A stretch of 64,000 bases of DNA from Octopus vulgaris (taxonomy: Eukaryota), in contig OX597815.1 in assembly GCA_951406725.2 (NCBI GenBank), forward strand, positions 176,948,001-177,012,000. The letters run 5' to 3'. Shown piece by piece: positions 54,729 through 64,000 of this stretch. Below the pieces are notes generated by a model. It was not told the DNA's origin. It did not search any database and saw only the letters and a program-made list of their open reading frames with translations. Position numbers and translations under genes: made by a program. Numbering within the stretch: position 1 is the first letter of the stretch; the number at the start of each line of letters is the position of its first letter.

Positions 54729-55888
54729 CATATATTATATATATATATGCATACATGCATGTATGTATCTGCTTATTGCCGTAGTATATTAGCGTTATTC
54801 TGCGTAAAACTAAGCCATACATATAATAGTTCATAGATCAATGAAGTACTGTATCTTAAACGGTTCCATATATAATTAGACTGTTATTCTGCAACTAATT
54901 TCTTAAGAAAATGGTAGCTGTAAAATTTTTATTACCGAATATACTTGATATGTTGAGCTGAAATTACTTCTGTAGAAATCATTTCACAACTCCGTTGTCA
55001 CAAAACAGTAATAACGATGGTTGAGGAGCGTCTTTATCTCTGCAATGCAAGCCACCTTCGACCATACTTTGTATCGCTGTGTGCATTTTTGCTTGTATCT
55101 TGTGAGTATGCATAGGAAACACATGTGAAAAGACTCGTACGCAAATACACAGAGACACACCAAAAAACAAACACACTTGTGTACACAAAGAAATAAAAAG
55201 CTTAATCGATTTTATAGTATATAATGTTTGGTCTCGACAGCAATCAATACTATTATTGCTCTTTTTAATACACAGATAAGATAAATATACCTTTCAGATG
55301 ACATATACTATTCTTTATTATGAGCTTTTATTTTGCTAAGAAGATATATCCTGAGATTACTGGTTTATATTATTCCCAATAAAATATTTCCTTGTGCGTT
55401 AATCATTCAGAAGTGATATGTGTGAAATATTTAACGAAAATGCAGCAACAGATCCAGAGGCCTGCATAAAGCCATATTGCAGAAGGAATCAATTCTCCAT
55501 AAATACATTGGAATTGCTCAAATGTTCGTCCATATGAAGAGGCCCATAAACCAAACAATCTTTGAGGAAGCACTGAATATTCCGTATTTGCACATTTCAT
55601 GAAAGGTATAGAGAACTAATTTAGATTGTGCAGCGCGTCTAAATGAGGTAAACTTAAAAGTTGGAATCTAAACAAGCTTGAGTGTCTTCTGGCGCTAAAG
55701 TACCTTATCTCACTCCGTATTTTACATTAGAAAAGCAATTTGAGACATCACTAGCAGAGGGTTTGACTGAGTGTGTATTCCTTAACGGACTGAACACATC
55801 TGAAATACTCCCACCTACAGCACATGAAGATACACTCGTAAGGATTCATGCATACATATTATATACATGTATATGTGTTGATATATAA

Positions 55889-56112
55889 GGCGGCGAGCTG
55901 GCAGAAACGTTAGCACATCGGGCGAAATGCTTAGTGGTATTTCGTCTGCCGCTACGTTCTGAGTTCAAATTCCGCCGTGGTCCACTTTGCCTTTCACCCT
56001 TTCGGGGTCGATTAAATTAAGTACCAGTTACGCACTGGGGTTGATGTAATCGACTTAATCCGTTTGTCTGTCCCTGTTTGTCCCCTCTATGTTTATCCCC
56101 TTGTGGACAATA
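55889..56112 (+). mobile_element. SINE family A
   Basis: Full-length match to 5906-6135. Confidence 0.9.
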
Positions 56113-57267
56113 ATATATATATATATATATGGGCATACATACTTACTATACACACACGTGCCATAAAGCTGCATTAGCATCAAGTAATATCTACTCTCAT
56201 TTCATCAAATGCCGTTTAAGACCAAATATGTACTCTTCGAACAATCAGCCTTTTTATGGGTTTGAAGTAGCAGCAAATATTCGTTAAAAGAAAGTTTAAT
56301 TATTGAACAATAGCGACAGAGTAGCATTCTGGGAACTGTTAATGTACTGTGTTTACCGCATGTTACTGTTTTTAGGTTCTTTGAAACAGGAATGTTATGC
56401 CAAAATACATAACTAATTTTTGTATTCAATTGACATATAAATAATCAAAACGAGCTGAAGTTATTCTTTTAAAATTTCACTAATCATATGCCTAATGCAA
56501 ATTTGGGTCACTAGGAGGAGCAAAACAAAAATACATATCAGTGTGTGTTTGTGTGTGTATTTGTATGCTTGCATGAATAATGCATGAAATCGTTTAAACA
56601 AACGCAGGATGGCTGAATAGTTAACAAATTTGCGTAGCAAGTACGGCTGCCCTGTAGTCGATCACACAGCAACAGCCTTTGGGAAGTTGCAATATTTTGT
56701 AGCGTTGAGTTGGCCCAAACCTTCTGAGTATGGGCACGCAGAAACTCTACGGAAATCCGTTGGGTAAATTGCGCCTCTAATCCCCGTGGAAAGCTTGTAA
56801 TACACGGTGCCACGCCAATTACACTTTAGAATTACGTTGTTTACACCTGCTCGTGAAATGCTCTATTATAAGAGGTTCATTAAAGAGCAGGAGAATTAGT
56901 TGATCGACCAACTAAATTCGTAAGATGTAATTACGCAGATACTCAAAACCCTGCATGAATCAATCAGTTAAAAATGTAAAATTGTGCATTTTTGTGTTCA
57001 TGTAAATACGCATCACAAGAAATAAAACCTTAAACATCACTACAACATTATCTCTGCTCAGAAAAAACTAAATTATGCGAGTAAAGTAATGGTCGAATGT
57101 AAAGTCATACGGGTTGCAGAAACTACATATCTATAACGGTCGATTTCGAAACCTTGCTTCAAATGGTCATAAGTAACATTTGTTCGCAGAATATATTTCT
57201 TGTGCACACAAACACTATCGCTTACAAGGGTATAATACACGGACAGCATGCAATATAATATACTATA

Positions 57268-57314
<47 letters not shown>

Positions 57315-57346
57315 CACACACACACACACAATATATATATATATAA

Positions 57347-57381
<35 letters not shown>

Positions 57382-57383
57382 AA

Positions 57384-57472
<89 letters not shown>

Positions 57473-57476
57473 CATA

Positions 57477-57995
57477 TGGTGGCTGCCCACTCGTTATCGA
57501 GTATGGCCATTGCACGAAGCTTAATCAATGTTGTTATCGTGCAATGCCTGTGCAAGAAGATTTTTTTTAAAGTGAGGAAGGGCTGTACCCTGAGTCAATC
57601 CCACTCACTAAGCAACATCAGCCATAATCCGAAAAGAAGAACAAGTCAACAGCATCTGTAACCACTGAGCCGCAGGTTTTATGTCGGAGTTATCCCAGTT
57701 ACCTGAGTTACCTTCTCCTAGAAGGATGCCCTAACAAAGGCTCGGAGTCCTTCACTCCCAATGGTTTAACTGCGCGATCGGGTAGTCAGTCCGATTATTT
57801 CTATGTCTCCGCGCATGATACATCCTTAAGACATTTATTGGATGGTCGTTGACTCTCAAGGTCACTTTCGAGTGCTACTGGTAACATGTAATCCAGTGCA
57901 ACCTGTTGCATGGTCGGGTCGTCGGCGACTAAACCGGCAACCCCACCAAGCTTGCTTGGTGAGGAGGGTGTTTATTGGACACCCTGCGGGATGAA
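57477..57995. mobile_element. GC-richer insertion between two (TA)n tracts, probably an RTE-related non-autonomous element
   Basis: Sharp borders in (TA)n. CCTTCTCCTAGAAGGATGCCCTAACAAAGGCT recalls RTE UTR-derived repeats (from memory). Hairpin CACCAAGC-TT-GCTTGGTG near 57944-57961. Confidence 0.4.
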
Positions 57996-58015
57996 AAAAA
58001 TATATACATATATAT

Positions 58016-58069
<54 letters not shown>

Positions 58070-58165
58070 ATATATGCACATAAATACATATATATATATG
58101 TAGGAAAGTGGTTAACGGTTGGAATAACCGTCTAAGGGATTAGAATATCCGTTACACACACACAC

Positions 58166-58200
<35 letters not shown>

Positions 58201-58349
58201 CTAGTAATGATGCAGATAAACAGAATTCGGCTTCACATATACGCGCGCGCACACACACATACATATACAAATATATACACACATTTGCACACGCAAACAT
58301 ACATAGAGATTACATACCTACCTTAAAACAGAAATTAAGAGTCGCACAC

Positions 58350-58383
<34 letters not shown>

Positions 58384-59290
58384 TTTTCTATACGTGTGCG
58401 CGCGTGTGTGCCCAAAGACACAGAGGCAAGTATCCGTACTCAATACTTGAGATGAAATTGGAACGTGATCAAGCACTACTCAAATATGTTAAATAGCTCG
58501 GTGGAAAAGAGAAAGCCATTTTCTTGAGACATTGGATATCGTAAAGTTACCTTAGGATATCGATATCTTTCCGGTGTTTGGCTTTTAAAATTATTGTTTC
58601 TCTTGTCGACTATTGATAGAATTTCGAGTGGCCTAGTTTTTTTAAAAAATTTTTTTCGTATTTTGGTTGTCTCACTGATCCAACAGAACTGTAGATGCCA
58701 AATATGTTCTTCAAATATTTAAAGAAATCTTATATATGTTTGTGTACCAAAATTGTATAAAATCTCTTTTCCATTTAGTCTGTGATGGATTATAATTTAG
58801 GAAACACAGCACACGATTAATACTTTCTAAGACATACTTTCAAATCTGCCAATCTCTGCAGTGTTTTGTAATTGGACAATGTAGCATAAAAAAAAAACAG
58901 AAAAAAAGATTCATTTGTTTTCATAAGGAATACGTTCATGTTGTGATTGATTTTCGTGAGCAAACATTTGGTAAAAGAGGCAGCATTAATGTAATGTTTT
59001 AAGAAATCGCATTCTGATATGCAAAATATTCTTACTGAAAGCTATGAGAACAGCCATAGCTGCTAGGTGTGTAGTATTGCATCGCAGCTCTAGGTTTACG
59101 AAGTCGATCAGCGTACTGCGTAATACATTACTCAAGTACTTTCGCAGTTGATGAAGGATGAAGCTTGTCATGGGAATGGAATTTGATTGAAGCAAAAATA
59201 TACGGATATACACACCTTGACACGCACACCACACGCACATACGTATGCATTGCTACATACATATACATACATACATACATACATATATAT

Positions 59291-59493
59291 AGGGAGAGTT
59301 TACGAAAAAAACAAAAGACGAAGACAGGTGGTGTAGAAAACAAACAGATGTATTAGTATAACGCTCAGGAACAGAAAAAGTCTTTTACGTTTCGAGCCTA
59401 CTCTCTTCTACAGAAAGGGACACAGAAAAAAAAAACAAGGAGAAAAACAAGGAGAGAAAAAATGTGTGTAGTGGCTAACGATCTATCATGGCG
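59291..59493 (-). mobile_element. Repeat family E with hammerhead-like motif at 59382-59418
   Basis: CTTT-CTGTAGA-a-GAG(agtagg)CTC-GAAA-CG-TA-AAAG; flanked by (TA)n on both sides. Confidence 0.7.
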
Positions 59494-59497
59494 ACTC

Positions 59498-59537
<40 letters not shown>

Positions 59538-60339
59538 TCATACATACACATGGACGCTTAAATATATAGAGGCAGAATATGAGTGAATAACTGGGAAATT
59601 CGTTTCGATGTCATAATGCTTAGATCAATCTTGGAGGGCAAACGTCAATCTCTATAGCTTCAGTGGCACATACTTTCTCCCTGAAGTTGGGTTGACAGGA
59701 AGTGTATAAAATCCAGACGGATGAGTTGTTCTCTAAGACAAAGCTTGTCATATAGCCATCCATCTATCTATCTGTATGCATGCATGCATATATATATATA
59801 TGTGTGTGTGTGTGTGTATGAGTGAGTTTATGAAATTGTATATATATATATAAGCTTGTGTTGCATATGTTTGCATCTTACCTGTGTCAAAGGCGAAGAT
59901 TGTGTGTGGAAATTGTTGTACAAGGACAGGTAATTTATTTCTCGGTACCTAAACTCACCCAGGGACCGAATAAATCTGCCAGAATCCTCGTTCTGCGGCC
60001 TTATATCGTTCACAAAATCTTTGGCCGCACTAATTCGTTGTTCAATACACTAATTCAGTAAAATGTTAACAAAAGATATTTAGAATTGAGAAAAGCATGA
60101 AATTAACTGCTACATAAATGCTTTGATTATTATCGAAAGGAAATAATCTAATAATATTTTACTGATTCATACATATAAATATGTTCATATTCCATAAATA
60201 TAATGAAAATTGCTCTAGGCCGGTTTGAAGACTATAGATTGTATATAAGCATAATATCATTCGTATCAGCTATGAACTTCAAGAAATTATATACATACAT
60301 ATGTATGCACATACAGAAACATGCGCATACATACACCCC

Positions 60340-60402
<63 letters not shown>

Positions 60403-60670
60403 ATGGACACATTTTCAATTTCATAATGTATGCTGGTGTAGCGGAGGAATTGTAATTGTAGTTCGCTGCGTATAACGCCTCAGGCTGGGTAAATTTTGTC
60501 TTCCTCTGCTATTTAAATTATAATAATTCAAAATGCCACTTTCAATTAACAGACTCAGCAGGTGCACGCCTAGAATCTGTATTTGTGTGTGTACATTTAC
60601 AAGTATCTCCGTATATGTATACACAAATAATCGCAATGCAATGGATGGTGACAATTAGAAGTTAAGCACA

Positions 60671-61408
60671 GAAGCAATTATTAGAGGCATGAAATGTTGG
60701 AACATTTTTCTGTATTTCCATTTCTCTCTGGTTATGTCCTTGTCTTTCTGCCTCTCGCTTTACATGTATGCGTGCACCTTAGCGTATATGTGTGGGCCGT
60801 TTCCCCATTTTGGAGACGTTTTCCGTGTGGTAACTATAGGCGGATGTAGTTCCTAAACACGTGTAGAATAAGTATTGTTGTAGATTGTTCGCCAGTGAAA
60901 ATATATTGCAGAACGGAAAGCTACTACATGATAAAGAACGAAATGTAGAGCAGCCAGCAACAGATCAAAGAGCACCGACAATGCAGAAGACATTTGCTGT
61001 CTCACGAATCATTTCCTATCACGATCATGTTACGCACGCTCGATTTCATTTCATACTTATGTAACCCAGGGTATTAAGTGCAGAGGATTTGACGGGAACA
61101 ATATGAACCTACGATAGAGGCAACTAAAGTCGTCCAACCAAATTTCGACTAGATCTATCTATTGCTGGATCTTCACTTCATGCATTGGGGATTTCTCTGT
61201 GTTCTAGGATATCGGATACGTAAAGCAAGTTGTAGGTGTATTGCATATTTGTAAAAGAGAGTCTGTTGGGTTGCCAGCGTATCGGCCTCCAATGCGGCGA
61301 CGCACATGGCATTACGAAATTACTGACAATATCCTAAAACATGAAGATGTCTCTCGCTATCAGTTTCCAAAGCTACAAGTGAGTGTACAGGAGAATTATA
61401 TATATACA

Positions 61409-61439
<31 letters not shown>

Positions 61440-61460
61440 GTATACATACATACGTATACA

Positions 61461-61491
<31 letters not shown>

Positions 61492-61548
61492 GTATACATA
61501 CATACATACATACGTATACATACATACATACATACATACATACGTATG

Positions 61549-61593
<45 letters not shown>

Positions 61594-62663
61594 AGAATTA
61601 GTATTGGTATAACGCTCGGGAAGTGTAAAAGCCTTTAACATTTGGATCCTACGCTCTTTCACTCAGAGACGAACACAGAAAGAAACATGGAGAGAAAAAA
61701 TAAATGTGTGTAGTGGCTACCGATCTATCATGGCGAATGATATATGCAGTGCTCCATGAGACTTATCAAGGGGCCTGACTATTCTACTTGTGCAAATTTG
61801 CAATCATTCAGTCGTATATTTGGAATACCTATATATTTTAATTTTCTTATTTAACCACCATTCAACACCTCTTCTCCGTATTTTATATATATATATATAT
61901 ATAAATATGAGAGGGAGGAAGCAATTATTAGAGGCATGAAATGTTGGAACATTTTTCTGTATTTTCATTTCTCTCTGGTTATGTCCGTGTCTTTCTGCCT
62001 CTCGCTTTACATGTATGCGTGCACCTTAGCGTATATGTGTGGGCCGTCTCCCCATTTTGGAGACGTTTTCCGTGTGGTAACCATAGGCGGATGTAGTTCC
62101 TAAACACGTGTAGAATAAGTATTGTTGTGGATTGTTCGCCAGTGGAAATAGATGCGAAAATATATTGCAGAACGGAAAGCTACTACATGATAAAGAACGA
62201 AATGTAGAGCAGCCAGCAACAGATCAAAGAGCAATGACAATGCAGAAGACATTTGCTGTCTCACGAATCATTTCCTATCACGATCATGTTACGCACGCTC
62301 GATTTCATTTCATACTTATGTAACCCAGGGTATTAAGTGCAGAGGATTTGACGGGAACAATATGAACCTACGATAGAGGCAACTAAAGTCGTCCAACCAA
62401 ATTTCGACTAGATCTATCTATTGCTGGATCTTCACTTCATGCATTGGGGATTTCTCTGTGTTCTAGGATATCGCATACGTAAAGCAAGTTGTAGGTGTAT
62501 TGCATATTTGTAAAAGAGAAACTGTTGGGTTGCCAGCGTGTCGGCCTCCAATGCGGCGACGCACATGGCATTACGAAATTACTGACAATATCCTAAAACA
62601 TGAAGATGTCTCTCGCTATCAGTTTCCAAAGCTACAAGTGAGTGTACAGGAGAATTATATATA

Positions 62664-62694
<31 letters not shown>

Positions 62695-62735
62695 GTATAC
62701 ATACATACGTATACATACATACATACATACATACA

Positions 62736-62766
<31 letters not shown>

Positions 62767-62815
62767 GTATACATACATACATACATACGTATACATACAT
62801 ACATACATACGTATG

Positions 62816-62872
<57 letters not shown>

Positions 62873-63195
62873 AGAATTAGTATTGGTATAACGCTCGGGA
62901 AGTGTAAAAGCCTTTAACATTTGGATCCTACGCTCTTTCACTCAGAGACGAACACAGAAAGAAACATGGAGAGAAAAAATAAATGTGTGTAGTGGCTACC
63001 GATCTATCATGGCGAATGATATATGCAGTGCTCCATGAGACTTATCAAGGGGCCTGACTATTCTACTTGTGCAAATTTGCAATCATTCAGTCGTATATTT
63101 GGAATACCTATATATTTTAATTTTCTTATTTAACCACCATTCAACACCTCTTCTCCGTATTTTATATATATATATATATATAAATATGAGAGGGA
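60671..63195 (+). repeat. Recent tandem duplication of ~1.25 kb (copy 1 60671-61916, copy 2 61918-63195)
   Basis: Near-identical copies with scattered SNPs, one ~12-bp indel (60896 vs 62146) and microsatellite length differences. Confidence 0.95.
60870..61390 (+). pseudogene. Possible decayed pogo/Tc2-type transposase N-terminus (second copy at about 62120-62650)
   Basis: VRQWK (read in copy 2), [10 protein letters not shown] and RIGL-MRRRT resemble the Brinker/CENP-B HTH pattern VRxWR...KASxGWxxRF..GLSLRRRT; frameshifted. Confidence 0.35.
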
Positions 63196-63262
63196 TTCAC
63201 TATGTGGAAGCCCTTACGCTAAAAAGAGATCCGCATAAGCGTAGTGGATCCCTCTCATATTT
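63182..63262. repeat. 23-bp-arm hairpin inside a longer inverted-repeat element
   Basis: AAATATGAGAGGGATTCACTATG pairs with CGTAGTGGATCCCTCTCATATTT; outer ATTCAACACC/GGTGTTGAAT pair. Confidence 0.75.
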
Positions 63263-64000
63263 GTGTATAAATAATATTTACTGAATCTCAGTTTTTTATG
63301 CGCTAGACCACTGGTGTTGAATTGATGTTATTAGATTAATATCTAATTTTTCACCCTCATTTGGACTTTATATATATATATATATATGTAGAGAGAGAGA
63401 AAGAGAGAGGAAAATTATCTAACTGACATACACCTGACTCTCACTTTGTCTCTGAAATATATATATATATGTGTATCCGTGTGTGTGAATGTATGTATTA
63501 ACACGTGTGTGTTAGTGCGTAGGCGTGTATATGTACGTATATGCGTATATATATATATGTATATATATATGTATGTATAAGTCAAGCAATCATAATGTAA
63601 TATAAAGCTACACACACACACAAACACACATTCGATATTTGTTTATAGAGAAACGCAAGGACACATGTAGGTTAATAACGTTAGCTTGATAAAAAGGATA
63701 CACATTCTTGCGTCTGTTCATTAATTGTAACCCAATGGAATTGAATTTCAACTATAAATAGAACTTCGTATGACTTGTGTGAGAAATACTGGATACTTAT
63801 ATTTTTTCAGGTACTAAATCACACAACACACACAAGCGTTTCTGAATACGCACAAATACACATTCACACGCAAACATTCACATATAAAACGAAGTGTGAG
63901 CGCGTGTTGGGGAGCGTGAGTACAGAAATAACTATAAACTGTCTAAAAGACTGGCAGGTTAAAAAAACAAACAAAAAATAAAACAAAAAAAATCAAGCAA

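Noticed and set aside
61208-61378. Candidate 171-bp phase-0 exon (TTCTAG acceptor, GTGAGT donor, open frame), duplicated at about 62467-62637
   Set aside because: No partner exons or recognisable host protein; the peptide fits a decayed pogo-like transposase better. Spliced RNA-seq reads would be needed to revive it.

Overview
This is AT-rich, microsatellite-dense eukaryotic DNA. The SINE families and repeat style point to a cephalopod, most likely Octopus (inference, no database search). No host protein-coding gene could be supported, and almost all ORFs in the track are (TA/CA/TG)n artefacts. The main feature is a young CR1-group LINE (27293-31005, minus strand) with an intact APE+RT ORF2 and a 5'-truncated, frameshifted ORF1 carrying a CCCH zinc finger. 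It sits inside a ~7 kb composite satellite of GAATATACTATATACG units separated by variable (TA)n. The LINE 3' end forms a covarying double hairpin shared with two other LINE fragments and with the tail of an abundant SINE family. At least seven short interspersed elements carry minimal type-I hammerhead-ribozyme-like motifs of the Penelope type, including apparent compensatory core variants (A3-U8, G3-C8) and an A6U family. The window also holds four SINE families, R4/Dong fragments in (TAA)n, decayed Tc1/mariner/pogo/hAT-like transposons, a head-to-head mariner derivative and a recent ~1.25 kb tandem duplication.
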